DNA of 64,000 bases from Yoonia sp. (GCF_014859355.1 NZ_JACUUJ010000002.1:77115-141114), one strand, 5' to 3'. Shown: positions 37,593 to 47,812, counted from the first letter of the stretch. Made by a program: numbers and translations. Notes: generated from the sequence alone by a model not told the origin.

Positions 37593-38803
37593 GATTTCAA
37601 AAGCGCCTTCATGTCGGTGGCCGGATTGGTGATTTGGGCGGGTGTCGGGCTGCACCCCGTTGCGATCAGGCGCTTGCCGATCATGTAGTTGCGCGGGTCG
37701 TTCATGGCGTCCACCGCGATCAGTTCATTCCCTTTGAAATACCAGTTGGACTGCACATCGGGGGTGTTGCCCTTGCGGATATAGACATCGGTATATCCCA
37801 TGTTCAGCCCTGCGATCTGAAGCTTGCAATCATATTGATCCGACCAGAACCACGGTTGCGGGTGATAGGGTGCGGCCATGCCCAGCATGTTGCGGGCGAC
37901 AGCTTCGGCCTGATCGATGGCGTTGCCGACGCTTTCCAGCCGGATACGCGTGCCTTTGAACAGGCAGGATGCGCAATCGCCTGCGGCCCAGATGTGCGGG
38001 TCGGATGTGCGGCCGTAAACATCGGTCGTGATCCCGTTGTCCACGTCCAGTCCCGCGCTCTCGGCCAGAATGGTCGCTGGATTGATCCCGATGCCGACAA
38101 CGGCCAGATCCAGTTGTAAGGTGGCGCCCTTTGTCAGCCGTGCGCCGGTGACGTGATCGTCGCCCAACAGCATCTCCAGCCCGACGCCTTCGCGGATGTC
38201 TACACCATGGCTGCGGTGCAGATTGCGGAAATAATCTGATGTTTCCGGTGCCGCGACCCGTTGCAATATCCGGTCAGCCATTTCGATCAGCGTTACTTGA
38301 AGGCCGCGTTTTGCCGCTACAGCCGCCGCCTCTAGGCCAATGTATCCGCCGCCGATGATCAAAACCCGCCTGCCTGCCACAAAAGCGGGGGCCATCGCAT
38401 CGGCATCTGCCAGATCGCGGATGCAAAAGACATTGTCCAAAATGCCCCCCACAGATTTCGGTAATGTGCGCGGATGCGCCCCGGTTGTCAGCGCCAGTTC
38501 ATCATAACTTATCACGTCGTTCCCGGTCAGGGTCACCGTTCGGCTTGTCGGATCAATCGCAACGACGCGGGTATTCAGACGCAGATTTATGTCATGATCG
38601 GCATAAAATTCGGCCGGACGCAGATACAGCCGTTCTTGGGGTATTTCCCCTAAAAGATACGCCTTGGACAGCGGGGGGCGCTGATAAGGTGGGACGTTTT
38701 CGGCGCCAATCAGGGTGATGTCGCCGGTAAAACCTTCGCTGCGCAGTTTGGCGACCAACGCCGCCCCGGCCTGTCCTGCACCGATCACAACGATGTGCGT
38801 CAT
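37589..38803 (-). CDS. FAD-dependent pyridine-nucleotide-disulfide oxidoreductase, ferredoxin/rubredoxin-reductase type
   Basis: 404-aa ORF. N-terminal VVIGAGQAG, a second dinucleotide fold VLIIGGGYIGLE, and the YQRPPLSK motif typical of ferredoxin reductases. Confidence 0.75.
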   Translation of the reverse strand: MTHIVVIGAGQAGAALVAKLRSEGFTGDITLIGAENVPPYQRPPLSKAYLLGEIPQERLYLRPAEFYADHDINLRLNTRVVAIDPTSRTVTLTGNDVISYDELALTTGAHPRTLPKSVGGILDNVFCIRDLADADAMAPAFVAGRRVLIIGGGYIGLEAAAVAAKRGLQVTLIEMADRILQRVAAPETSDYFRNLHRSHGVDIREGVGLEMLLGDDHVTGARLTKGATLQLDLAVVGIGINPATILAESAGLDVDNGITTDVYGRTSDPHIWAAGDCASCLFKGTRIRLESVGNAIDQAEAVARNMLGMAAPYHPQPWFWSDQYDCKLQIAGLNMGYTDVYIRKGNTPDVQSNWYFKGNELIAVDAMNDPRNYMIGKRLIATGCSPTPAQITNPATDMKALLKS

Positions 38804-38893
38804 AACAAACTACCTTTGGTTGCTGGTCCATTGATGCTGGCAAGTCTATATGGCAGTTCACGGAAGTTACAATTGAGTTCAGGGACAATCACA

Positions 38894-39385
38894 ATGACAA
38901 TCAAGACGGGCGATACGCTACCAGATGCAACCTTGCTGACAGTGGGTGATGACGGACCAGAGCAAGTTTCCCTTGCTGAAAAGATGAAAGACCGCAAAGT
39001 CGTGATCTTTGGCCTGCCGGGGGCATTTACCAACACCTGCACCTCGGCGCATTTGCCAAGTTTCATGATCACCTATGACGATTTCAAGTCAAAGGGCGTG
39101 GACGAGATTATCTGTGTGGCGGTCAACGATCCCTTTGTGATGAAGGCATGGGGCACATCCACAGGTGCTGCCGATGTCGGGATCACCCTGCTTGCCGACG
39201 CTGAAAGCGCCTTTACCGGTGCGATTGGAATGCAGTTCAGCGCACCGCCTGCTGGATTTGTGAACCGGTCCAAGCGGTATTCCATGTTGGTTGAAAACGG
39301 TATTGTAACAATTTTCAACGAAGAGGCCGCACCCGGCACATGCGAAATTTCAGCAGGTGAAACATTGCTGGCAGCGATGGGATGA
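38894..39385 (+). CDS. peroxiredoxin (Prx5-like, atypical 2-Cys)
   Basis: Likely start is MTIKTGDTLPD at 38894. The active site is PGAFTNTC. Confidence 0.85.
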   Translation: MTIKTGDTLPDATLLTVGDDGPEQVSLAEKMKDRKVVIFGLPGAFTNTCTSAHLPSFMITYDDFKSKGVDEIICVAVNDPFVMKAWGTSTGAADVGITLLADAESAFTGAIGMQFSAPPAGFVNRSKRYSMLVENGIVTIFNEEAAPGTCEISAGETLLAAMG

Positions 39386-39392
39386 ACACACC

Positions 39393-39416
39393 GGGGCGGC
39401 GTAACAAGGCCGCCCC
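39393..39416. terminator. GC hairpin between the convergent peroxiredoxin and mscS-like genes (no U-tract)
   Basis: ggggcggc / gccgcccc, an 8-bp stem with an 8-nt loop. No T-run follows, so its terminator function is uncertain. Confidence 0.4.
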
Positions 39417-39421
39417 CGCCC

Positions 39422-40315
39422 TTAGGCTTTGGCCTGCACAATTGTGCGTGTGGGGAAGGGAATGTCGATCCCTGCCGCATCCAGCGCCTCTTTGACGCGG
39501 CGTTTCATGTCGGCCTGATACTGGAAAAAATCGGCACTACTACACCAGACCCGCACCAGAAAATCAACTGAACTGGCGTTCAGGTTGTTGATCTGAATAA
39601 ACGGTTCAGGGGCGGTTTGGGACCGAGGATCGGCCATGATGGTATCGCGGATGACCTGTTCGGCCTTTTGCAGGTTCACGCCATAGCCCACGCCAAATGT
39701 CCATTCCGCACGCCGCGTATCATAGACCGAATAATTTACGATCGTGTTGCCCCAGACCTGCGCGTTGGGGATGATGATCTGCACATTGGCGGGCGATGCC
39801 AATTCGATGAAATTCAGCGTGATTTCCTTGATCGTGCCCATTTGCCCGCCGACTTCGACAAAATCGCCCAGCTTGATTGGTCGGAAAAAAACGATCATCA
39901 CACCGGCGGCCACGTTTGATAGCGTGCCCTGCAACGCCAGACCGATGGCCAGACCGGCGGCACCGACAACCGCAACAAAGCTGGTTGTTTGCACCCCAAA
40001 CGTGTTGAGAACAAACAGAAACGCAAAGGTGATGACGACATATCGCGCCACGTTACCCAGAAAATTAAACAGCGTAATGTCCAGATGTTTGCTTTTGCCG
40101 CCAAGCGACACCAGCCGCCGCCGCACCCAGCCGCCTGCGATAAAGCCGACCAGCAAAATCAGAATGGCGGCAAGCACATTTCCGAACATCGCCGCCAGAA
40201 ATTCAATCGTCAGCAAATCTGCAAGTGTCTGTTCGTTCCAGATCGCGGTGTTCATCACCTCTTCCACTTTATCCTCCTGCAAGAGCATCCAGTTTTGTGC
40301 CCAGTTGGGCGTCAA
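39422..40315 (-). CDS. mechanosensitive ion channel family protein (MscS-like)
   Basis: 297-aa ORF. Three TM helices followed by the MscS beta-domain motif ([22 protein letters not shown]). The start is uncertain: 40315, 40288 or 40255. Only 40255 avoids overlap with the upstream gene. Confidence 0.8.
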   Translation of the reverse strand: MTPNWAQNWMLLQEDKVEEVMNTAIWNEQTLADLLTIEFLAAMFGNVLAAILILLVGFIAGGWVRRRLVSLGGKSKHLDITLFNFLGNVARYVVITFAFLFVLNTFGVQTTSFVAVVGAAGLAIGLALQGTLSNVAAGVMIVFFRPIKLGDFVEVGGQMGTIKEITLNFIELASPANVQIIIPNAQVWGNTIVNYSVYDTRRAEWTFGVGYGVNLQKAEQVIRDTIMADPRSQTAPEPFIQINNLNASSVDFLVRVWCSSADFFQYQADMKRRVKEALDAAGIDIPFPTRTIVQAKA

Positions 40316-40568
40316 GGACGCTTAGGCCATCTACGTCATGCGTGGTCAAGATGACGTCCACGGTTTTATAGACATTCGACCATTCAGGATGGTGGTTTAG
40401 CTTTTCCGCCCAGATCGCAGCACGGGTCATGAACCCGAAAGCTTCAACAAAGTTTTTGAACTGAAAGGTTTTGTGGATCGCATCGCGCCCGTCCACCATG
40501 GCCCAACCATTATTCAGCAGCGGTGCGATCTGTTCCTTGCGTGCGGCATCTGTCAGTTTTTCGGTCAT
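40269..40568 (-). CDS. phhB: pterin-4-alpha-carbinolamine dehydratase
   Basis: Likely start is [12 protein letters not shown] at 40568 (ATGA overlap with the upstream stop). The HHPEW motif is present in [14 protein letters not shown]. Confidence 0.85.
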   Translation of the reverse strand: MTEKLTDAARKEQIAPLLNNGWAMVDGRDAIHKTFQFKNFVEAFGFMTRAAIWAEKLNHHPEWSNVYKTVDVILTTHDVDGLSVLDAQLGTKLDALAGG

Positions 40569-41749
40569 TGCTGTTCCTCCTGATGGGATTTGCGAAAAGG
40601 GCCATAGCTGGTCAGCACCTCGATTTCGTGGTCGATGGCGTCCCGTTCGGCGGTCAGGTAGCGCGCAACGGCATCGCGGAAACCCGGATCGCCGATCCAA
40701 TGCAGCGAATGGGTGGCGACCGGCAGATAGCCGCGCGCGAGTTTGTGTTCGCCTTGCGCACCTGCTTCGACCCGTTTCAGCCCTTGGGCGATCGCGAATT
40801 CAATGGCCTGATAATAACACAGCTCAAAATGCAGGCAGGGATGATCTTCTGTGCAGCCCCAATAGCGCCCATAGAGCGTGTCGCGCCCGATGAAATTCAG
40901 CGCCCCCGCCACGGCCTGGCCGTCATGCATTGCCAGCACCAGCAGCATGTCGTCGCGCAGGGTTTCTTGCGCGCAGTCGAAAAACTGCCGCGTCAGATAG
41001 GGCGTGCCCCATTTGCGATTGCCGGTGTCCTGATAGAACCGCCAGAAGGCATCCCAGTGTTCCGGCTGGATCTGGTCGCCGGTCAGGCTGATGATCTGCC
41101 CGCCGAACCCTTGCGCGGTGGCGCGTTCCTTGCGGATGTTTTTGCGTTTACGGCTGGACAGCGACGCAAGAAAACCGTCGAAATCGGCGTATCCGTCATT
41201 GACCCAGTGAAACTGCTGGCCCAGCCGGCGCAGCAGGCCCATTTCCGCACCTGCCAGCGCCTCGGCTTCGGTGCAAAAGGTGGCGTGGACTGATGATAGT
41301 TCGTTATCGGCAGCGACCTGCACCGCGCCCTGAATAAGTGCGGACATGCCTGTTGCCTCAGACCCGGGCCGGGTCAGAAAACGCCGCCCGGTGGCCGGGG
41401 TAAACGGCACGGCGATCTGTAATTTCGGGTAATACCGCCCACCCGCGTTTTCATAGGCATGCGCCCAGTTGTGATCAAAAATATATTCGCCCTGACTGTG
41501 CCCCTTGGCATAAAGCGGGGCCGTGGCGATGATTTGCCCGTTCTGCGTGGCGGTCAGATAGCGCGGTTGCCAGCCGGTGCCGGGGCCGACCGAACCGCTG
41601 TCTTCCAGTGCGCGCAGGAACCGATAGGTGGTAAAGGGATCAGCGGGTCGGCCATCGGTTGCCTCGGGGCATGCACAAGCATCCCAATCAGCAGCGTTTA
41701 TGCTGGACAGGCTGGGGTGTGTGGTGATTTCGATGGCCGCATCTTTCAT
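40565..41749 (-). CDS. GNAT-fold FemAB-like / BioF2-like acetyltransferase family protein (DUF482)
   Basis: ORF 40565..41800; likely start is [10 protein letters not shown] at 41749. Length and pattern recalled from the DUF482 family; not verified by a search. Confidence 0.6.
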   Translation of the reverse strand: MKDAAIEITTHPSLSSINAADWDACACPEATDGRPADPFTTYRFLRALEDSGSVGPGTGWQPRYLTATQNGQIIATAPLYAKGHSQGEYIFDHNWAHAYENAGGRYYPKLQIAVPFTPATGRRFLTRPGSEATGMSALIQGAVQVAADNELSSVHATFCTEAEALAGAEMGLLRRLGQQFHWVNDGYADFDGFLASLSSRKRKNIRKERATAQGFGGQIISLTGDQIQPEHWDAFWRFYQDTGNRKWGTPYLTRQFFDCAQETLRDDMLLVLAMHDGQAVAGALNFIGRDTLYGRYWGCTEDHPCLHFELCYYQAIEFAIAQGLKRVEAGAQGEHKLARGYLPVATHSLHWIGDPGFRDAVARYLTAERDAIDHEIEVLTSYGPFRKSHQEEQQ

Positions 41750-41780
41750 GTCGTTCAACTTGGGCGGCAGCGGGCCGGGG

Positions 41781-42533
41781 TCAAGCCAGATAACCTTCAA
41801 ATGTTACATTATCTGCAATCTTGCGCGCAGCCGCTTCTGCTTGGGGCGATCGGATCGTCCAGCACAGAATTCCCGCACCCTGGTGTTTCAACTCCGTCAC
41901 TCGGGGGCGGGTCAGATCGGCGGCTTCATGGCTGATGAAACAGGCGCCAACGCGGTCATAGTCGGGGATGTCCCGCAGGGTGTCACAGACCTGAGAGGGC
42001 AGTTCCGGCCAGAACATCGGATCGTAACCTGATGTGGTCAGCCCGCGTGGGATGTCAGGGGTAAGCGTTGCCAGCGCCGCGACGGTATGCGGGTTGAAGG
42101 ACATCAGCGCGACTGCGCCGCGGTAACCGGTCAATGCCGCGACAGTTGCTTGTTCCAATGAGCCGATGTTTGGCCCCATGAAGCCGTCCTGATCCTTGAT
42201 TTCAATCAAAAGAGGCACGCGCCCCGCGACCAGTTCCAGCACAGTCTCCAGCGCAGGGATTGTGCCGGGATCATCGGTCAGGCGCATTGCTTCCAGCGCG
42301 GCGCGGGTGCGGGTGCGCACCGGCCCACGCGCGGCCGTCAGACGGTCCAGTTGATCATCGTGGAACACCATTGCATGCCCGTCGGCCGTCAATTGCACAT
42401 CCATTTCGATCCCATAGCCTGCGTCAATCGCGGCGCGGATCGACTCCTGGCTGTTTTCGACGCGTCCTGCGCTGCGGTCGTGCAGGGCGCGATGGGCGAT
42501 GGGCCGGTCAAAAAAAGCGGCGGGCAGGGTCAT
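41781..42533 (-). CDS. glycerophosphodiester phosphodiesterase family protein
   Basis: 250-aa ORF. IAHRALH near the N-terminus, a GIEMDVQLTADG motif and an LLIEIKD motif, typical of GDPD. Confidence 0.75.
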   Translation of the reverse strand: MTLPAAFFDRPIAHRALHDRSAGRVENSQESIRAAIDAGYGIEMDVQLTADGHAMVFHDDQLDRLTAARGPVRTRTRAALEAMRLTDDPGTIPALETVLELVAGRVPLLIEIKDQDGFMGPNIGSLEQATVAALTGYRGAVALMSFNPHTVAALATLTPDIPRGLTTSGYDPMFWPELPSQVCDTLRDIPDYDRVGACFISHEAADLTRPRVTELKHQGAGILCWTIRSPQAEAAARKIADNVTFEGYLA

Positions 42534-42991
42534 TTGATTTGAAAGATCGCTTCGATTTCGACGGCGACACCCAAAGGCAGGCTGGCCGCACTGACTGCAG
42601 ACCGCGCGTGGCGTCCTGCGTCACCCAATGCGGCAACCAGAAAATCAGATGCGCCGTTGATCACCTTGGGCTGGTCAGTGAAATTGGCGGTGGAATTCAC
42701 AAAACCCACCAGTTTGACCACCCGCACCAACCTGTCAATATCCCCCCCGCAGGCAGCCTTGAGTTGCGCCAGCAGGCTGATCGCACAAGCCCGCGCCGCA
42801 TCCGCCCCGGCAGCGGCGTCCAGATCGGCGCCAATCTTGCCAGTAATCAGCCCATCCGCATTGGCCGAGATCTGGCCCGACACATATACCATGTCACCCG
42901 CGATGACATAGGGCACATAGTTCGCCGCCGGCGCCGGAGCATCGGGCAAGGTCACGCCCAGTTCGGCCAGTTTGTCTTCGATTTTGCGCAT
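42530..42991 (-). CDS. RidA/YjgF family protein
   Basis: 153 aa from MRKIEDKLAELGVTLPD at 42991, ending ...LPLGVAVEIEAIFQIK. ATGA-type coupling with the upstream GDPD gene. Confidence 0.8.
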   Translation of the reverse strand: MRKIEDKLAELGVTLPDAPAPAANYVPYVIAGDMVYVSGQISANADGLITGKIGADLDAAAGADAARACAISLLAQLKAACGGDIDRLVRVVKLVGFVNSTANFTDQPKVINGASDFLVAALGDAGRHARSAVSAASLPLGVAVEIEAIFQIK

Positions 42992-43099
42992 GCTTTTCTC
43001 CTTGTTTGGGCGAACGCTAGCGTCACAGGCGGCCAGGTGCAATCGTTGCCCGCGCGCTTGCCGTTGATTTGCGCCAGCGTTTGGCCCAGAAATAAACCC

Positions 43100-43468
43100 A
43101 TGATGCCGTATCGCAAATTTTTGTCTGTTTTTTCCATCATGGCGCTGCCTGTCGCAGGGGTTGCAGGGCCATATGACGGCGTTTTCAAACAAACCGCCAA
43201 TGCGGAATGCGCCTTGGTCGGTGTCGATGGCGGATCGCTCAAGATCGACGACAACATCTTTACCGGGGTCGAGGTCCAGTGCCACATGACCCGTCCTGTC
43301 GATATCAATGATATGGATGCGACCATCTATACAATGGAATGTGTCGGCGAAGGCCAAACCTGGACCGAACGTGCGGTGTTGATGAACGACGCCGAAAAAA
43401 CCGGTATTTATATGATTTGGGATGGATATGTCTTTCGCTATGACCGCTGCGCAGAGGGTGAATATTAG
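43100..43468 (+). CDS. small secreted hypothetical protein with four Cys
   Basis: 122 aa from ATG 43100, with signal peptide MMPYRKFLSVFSIMALPVAGVAG. Only this C-terminal part of the long ORF 42260..43468 is credible. Confidence 0.5.
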   Translation: MMPYRKFLSVFSIMALPVAGVAGPYDGVFKQTANAECALVGVDGGSLKIDDNIFTGVEVQCHMTRPVDINDMDATIYTMECVGEGQTWTERAVLMNDAEKTGIYMIWDGYVFRYDRCAEGEY

Positions 43469-45627
43469 TTCATCTGATCGCGCAGGATGATATCCAGCAC
43501 ATCAAGGATCGCGCGTTCCAGCACTTGCCCGCCGGCCCCGGCGATGACATTCTCATCGACCCTGCTGCCCGGCGCGCGCATCGGAAGGGGGACAGGTTGG
43601 CGTTGCGCCAGAATAGGCGCCATCGTTTCACGCCATATTTCAGCCGGAAGCCCGCCGCCCGTGACGCCGGTCAGTGGCGCGTTGTCGTCATAGCCCATCC
43701 AGACACCCGTGACGTAATCGCCGGTGAAGGCAATGAACCACGCATCGCGTGATGCCTGCGTGGTGCCGGATTTCCCCGCGATCTCCCAGCCGTTGATTCG
43801 GGCGCGACGGCCCGTGCCTTCTTCGACCACGCGCGACATCATCCACGTCAACTGGCGTGCGGCGTCCTGCTGAATGACCCGTTCACCGATGCCGCTGCCG
43901 GTTGCGTCCATCAGCGGCCTGTCGTCCCCCTGAATGCGCAGGTCGACCAGACCATAAGGCGTGACCGATGACCCGCCGTTCAAAATGCCTGCATAAGCGC
44001 CTGTCATTTCCAGCAGCGTGCTTTCCGAAACCCCCAGCGCCAGTGCGGGCCCTGCGGCCAGATCACTTTCGATTCCGAACTGCGTCGCCACGGTGCGCAC
44101 CGCTTCGCGGCCCACTTTTTCTGACAGGATCACCGCGGGGACATTGCGGCTTTCAGCCATTGCCTGGTTCAGGGTCATGATGCCCTTGAATTCCCGGTCA
44201 TAGTTTTTGGGGCACCAATTGGCCGACCCGCGCACTTTCCAGCAGACAGGGCTGTCGTCGATCAGATCATTGGGGCTGAAGCCCGAATCGAGTGCGGCCG
44301 CATATATAAAGGGTTTGAACGATGACCCGGTTTGCCGCAGTGCTTGCGTGGCGCGGTTGAATGCGCCAGTGGCGCGAATGTTACGCCCGCCAACCATGGC
44401 GCGCACAGCCCCGTCTGCGGACATCACAACGATGGCGGCCTGTGCCTTTGACCCCTCGCGAACGTCATTTTCAAAGACCTTGATCAGGGCGTTTTCGGCT
44501 GCTTTCTGAATGCCCTGATCCAAAGTGGTGCGAATGATCACGTCTTCTGTTGTGTCTTTCGTAAAAAATGCAGGCCCGCTTTCCATCACCCAATCAGCGA
44601 AAAAGCCCCCTGCACGTGCGGCGGCGGCTTGCGACAGGGTCGCGGGGTTCTGGCGGGCATCGGCCGCCTGTGCGGCGGACAGATAGCCTTGTTCCTCCAT
44701 CAGCCCGATCACGACCGAAGCGCGGTCGCGGGCGCGTTCGATGTTGCCCGTGGGTGCATAGGTTGACGGCGCTTTCAGTAATCCGGCCAGCATCGCCGCC
44801 TGCGCGGGGTTTACCTGTGCCGCGGAAATTCCGAAATAGCGTTGCGCGGCGGCTTCAAATCCACGACTGCCAGCCCCCAGATAGGCGCGGTTGAGATAGA
44901 TCGTCAGGATTTCCTGTTTGGTAAAGGCGGCTTCCATTGCCAGGGCAAAGATGGCTTCTTTGCCCTTGCGCCACAGCGATGACCGGCGGCAGTCGGCCTC
45001 GTAGGCGGCCTCTGAGTCCCAGGTGTCGGGGTCGTATGGCACACCAAGGCACAGCAATTTGGCCGTCTGCTGTGTAATCGTTGACCCTCCGTTCCCCGAA
45101 AGCGCACTGCGTCCGGCTTGCAGGTTGATCCGCACCGCTGATGCGATGCCGCGCGGTGACAGGCCCAGATGGCGATAGAAACGCTTGTCCTCGGTTGCGA
45201 CAACGGCGTTGTGCAGGTGGGGGGAAACAGTTTCTGCCGTGACCATGCCGCCAAACTGGTCGCCGCGCCATGCAAAGACATCGCCCCGATAATCCAGCAG
45301 CGTGACAGACCCGCGGGTGCGCGCATCGACCAGCGTTGTCATTGGGGGCATTTGGGCGGCGTAATAATAGACTGCCCCCCCCACCAGCAGGGCAGTAACG
45401 GTGCCCATCCGCCAACCGATGGCCCACAACATGCGCATGCTCCACGCAAACGGCGCGAGCAGCCAGCCAATCAGCCCGCGTTTCTTCTTTTTGGCGGGTG
45501 TGCGGGTGCGGCGGCTGGCGCGGGTTTTGGCCAAGCCTGTTTTCTTGGCCGGCTTTTTGCCAGCAGAATTTGCGGCATAGCGCCGGTCAGCCACCAAGGT
45601 GGGTCGCTTATTGCCATTTCTGCTCAT
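43465..45627 (-). CDS. mrcA: penicillin-binding protein 1A family (bifunctional transglycosylase/transpeptidase)
   Basis: ORF 43465..45678; likely start is MSRNGNKRP at 45627. Basic N-terminal tail plus one TM. GT51 motifs EDKRFYRH and GGSTITQQ; transpeptidase SSFKP and KSGTT. Confidence 0.85.
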   Translation of the reverse strand: MSRNGNKRPTLVADRRYAANSAGKKPAKKTGLAKTRASRRTRTPAKKKKRGLIGWLLAPFAWSMRMLWAIGWRMGTVTALLVGGAVYYYAAQMPPMTTLVDARTRGSVTLLDYRGDVFAWRGDQFGGMVTAETVSPHLHNAVVATEDKRFYRHLGLSPRGIASAVRINLQAGRSALSGNGGSTITQQTAKLLCLGVPYDPDTWDSEAAYEADCRRSSLWRKGKEAIFALAMEAAFTKQEILTIYLNRAYLGAGSRGFEAAAQRYFGISAAQVNPAQAAMLAGLLKAPSTYAPTGNIERARDRASVVIGLMEEQGYLSAAQAADARQNPATLSQAAAARAGGFFADWVMESGPAFFTKDTTEDVIIRTTLDQGIQKAAENALIKVFENDVREGSKAQAAIVVMSADGAVRAMVGGRNIRATGAFNRATQALRQTGSSFKPFIYAAALDSGFSPNDLIDDSPVCWKVRGSANWCPKNYDREFKGIMTLNQAMAESRNVPAVILSEKVGREAVRTVATQFGIESDLAAGPALALGVSESTLLEMTGAYAGILNGGSSVTPYGLVDLRIQGDDRPLMDATGSGIGERVIQQDAARQLTWMMSRVVEEGTGRRARINGWEIAGKSGTTQASRDAWFIAFTGDYVTGVWMGYDDNAPLTGVTGGGLPAEIWRETMAPILAQRQPVPLPMRAPGSRVDENVIAGAGGQVLERAILDVLDIILRDQMN

Positions 45628-45782
45628 GTTCCGCTCGACTGATTGTTGTTGTCGCTTTTCGCAGATCATAGCTGGCATTGGGATTTGCTGCCAGCGGCTT
45701 TCCCTGCGCTATCAGGCATTCTGTTCTGTCTGATTGGATTCCGCGATTTCCCCGTGCTGCGCTTCAAGAATAGCTTAAAATT

Positions 45783-45819
45783 TGTGCAAAATACAAAAAA
45801 TGTGCAAAAAATGTGCAAA
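45783..45819 (+). promoter_or_regulatory. three direct TGTGCAAA repeats in an AT-rich block upstream of glnK-amtB
   Basis: TGTGCAAA at 45783-45790, 45801-45808 and 45812-45819, about 130-165 nt upstream of the glnK GTG. Confidence 0.35.
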
Positions 45820-45947
45820 TAACACTACATTGACCGAGTATAAAGCCCCTGCCGGCCTTGCTGCATCAGCTTGCACACGCTCTTTCTCGTCGGGCAAGCA
45901 ACGTCAACGGGATGTGGCGCTGCGGTATCATTTGCAAGGGGAAGACT

Positions 45948-46286
45948 GTGAAACTCATCATTGCAACAATCAAACCGTTCAAGCTGGAGGAGGTGCGCGA
46001 GGCGCTGACCACCATCGGTGTGCGCGGCATGATGGTGTCAGAAATCAAGGGCTTTGGATCGCAATCCGGCCATACCGAAATTTACCGCGGCGCAGAGTAT
46101 GCCGTGAATTTTGTGCCAAAGGTCAAATTGGAAATTGTCGTGCCTGACAGCATGGCAGACCAGGTTGTCTCGACGATCGCCACTACGGCCAAGACCGAGA
46201 AAATCGGAGACGGAAAGATTTTTGTGCTGGACGTGGAAAGCGCGATGCGTGTGCGCACTGGCGAAACCAATGATGACGCGCTTTGA
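45948..46286 (+). CDS. glnK: nitrogen regulatory protein P-II
   Basis: 112 aa from GTG 45948 (SD AAGGGGAAG). VKLIIATIKPFKLEEVREAL..., T-loop YRGAEY, and position directly upstream of amtB. Confidence 0.9.
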   Translation: MKLIIATIKPFKLEEVREALTTIGVRGMMVSEIKGFGSQSGHTEIYRGAEYAVNFVPKVKLEIVVPDSMADQVVSTIATTAKTEKIGDGKIFVLDVESAMRVRTGETNDDAL

Positions 46287-46302
46287 TCGCGGCGGAACGA
46301 GG

Positions 46303-47658
46303 ATGAAACCCATGAAATCGCTTAAATTACTCACAATTGGTGCAGGCGCGGCCTTGCTTCCGACATTTGTGCTTGCGCAGGAAGCGGCAGAATTGGCCGT
46401 AGATATCGCAGAAGCTGCCGCCCCATCGTTTGATGAAATCGGCCCCTATATCATGACGACCCTGCTGTTCCTTGTGGGCGGCTTTCTGGTGTTCTTTATG
46501 GCTGCAGGTTTTGCCATGCTCGAGGCAGGTCTGGTCCGGTCCAAGAATGTGACAATGCAGTTGACCAAGAACATCGCGCTCTTTGGTGTCGCCAGTTTGA
46601 TGTTCTGGTTGGTCGGGTTTAATCTGATGTATCCGGGCGATTTCAACGGTTATATCGGCGGTTTCTTCAACATCACTGTGTTGGAAGAGGTCGGCCTTGA
46701 TGCTGCGGATGCAGATCTTGGGTATGCGTCGGTAGCGTCAGACTTTTTCTTTCAATTAATGTTCGTCGCCGCAACTGCATCCATCGTATCGGGTGCGCTG
46801 GCCGAACGGATCAAACTGTGGCCCTTTCTTGCCTTTGTGGTCGTGCTAACGGGCTTCTTCTATCCAATTTCCGGTTCCTGGCAGTGGGGTGGCGGATGGT
46901 TGTCCGAAATGGGCTTTAGCGACTTTGCCGGTTCGACAGTTGTGCATTCTGTCGGTGGTTGGGCCGCGCTTGCCGGTGCGATCGTTCTGGGTCCGCGGAT
47001 TGGCAAATACAAAGACGGTCGCACAAACCCGATGCCGGGTTCCAACTTGGCGCTTGCAACATTGGGCACCTTTATCCTGTGGTTGGGCTGGTTCGGTTTC
47101 AACGGTGGGTCGCAATTGGCCGCTGGCACCGTGGGCGATATCACCGATGTCGGCCGGATCTTTGCAAACACCAACATGGCGGCTTCGGCTGGTGCGGTCG
47201 CGTCGCTGATCCTGACGCAGATCCTGTATAAGAAGGTCGATCTGACAATGGTGTTGAACGGTGCGTTGGCCGGTCTGGTCTCTATCACAGCCGAACCTTT
47301 GGCGCCCACACTGTTTGGCGCACTGTGGATCGGTGCAATCGGTGGTGTGATCGTGGTCTTTGCCGTGCCAATGCTGGACAAGCTGAAGATCGACGATGTG
47401 GTCGGTGCGATTCCCGTTCACTTGCTCGCCGGTATCTGGGGTACGCTTGCGGTCGTTTTCTATAATAGCGACGCCAGCCTGGTGACACAGATCACGGGCA
47501 TCTTTGCCTATGGTATCTTTACCTTTGTCGGTTCGCTTGTCGTGTGGTCCATCCTGAAGGCTGCAATTGGCATCCGTGTTACTGAAGAGGCTGAAATCAA
47601 TGGTCTGGACATGGCCGAATTGGGGATGGAAGCCTATCCTGATTTCGTGAAGGGCTGA
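46303..47658 (+). CDS. amtB: ammonium transporter
   Basis: Likely start is MKPMKSLKLL at 46303, with a signal peptide. Amt motifs DFAGSTVVHSVGGWAAL and GAIPVHLLAGIWGTL. Confidence 0.9.
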   Translation: MKPMKSLKLLTIGAGAALLPTFVLAQEAAELAVDIAEAAAPSFDEIGPYIMTTLLFLVGGFLVFFMAAGFAMLEAGLVRSKNVTMQLTKNIALFGVASLMFWLVGFNLMYPGDFNGYIGGFFNITVLEEVGLDAADADLGYASVASDFFFQLMFVAATASIVSGALAERIKLWPFLAFVVVLTGFFYPISGSWQWGGGWLSEMGFSDFAGSTVVHSVGGWAALAGAIVLGPRIGKYKDGRTNPMPGSNLALATLGTFILWLGWFGFNGGSQLAAGTVGDITDVGRIFANTNMAASAGAVASLILTQILYKKVDLTMVLNGALAGLVSITAEPLAPTLFGALWIGAIGGVIVVFAVPMLDKLKIDDVVGAIPVHLLAGIWGTLAVVFYNSDASLVTQITGIFAYGIFTFVGSLVVWSILKAAIGIRVTEEAEINGLDMAELGMEAYPDFVKG

Positions 47659-47688
47659 TCAGATCCTGATCAATGCAAAACAACTTGC

Positions 47689-47720
47689 CCCGGGCGTCAG
47701 CGCCCGGGTTTTTTATTTTT
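47689..47720 (+). terminator. rho-independent terminator after amtB
   Basis: cccgggcg-tcag-cgcccggg followed by TTTTTTATTTTT. Confidence 0.85.
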
Positions 47721-47737
47721 GACAAAGTGCAGGGGTC

Positions 47738-47812
47738 GTGTTTTGCAAAACACACCAAATTTCGCGAAATTTGGTGTCTCCGGCGGGGATATTTATGCGT
47801 GGAAGAAGCGAG
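47738..47812 (+). repeat. intergenic module copy between amtB and the dipeptide epimerase gene
   Basis: Palindromes gtgttttgcaaaacac (47738-47753) and acaccaaatttcgcgaaatttggtgt (47752-47777). Core CTCCGGCGGGGATATTTAT (47778-47796), then gcgtgGAAGAAGcgag before ATG 47813. Confidence 0.6.

Noticed and set aside
42260-43099. N-terminal 280 codons of the 402-aa plus-strand ORF 42260..43468
   Set aside because: This part is antisense to the GDPD and RidA genes and is Arg-rich. Only the last 122 codons (43100..43468, signal peptide plus compact domain) look like a real gene.
45820-45947. Sigma-54 (-24/-12) promoter for glnK
   Set aside because: Candidate TTGCA elements (for example cagcTTGCAc) lack a correctly spaced TGGCAC-like -24 element. 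No GG-N10-GC match was convincing.
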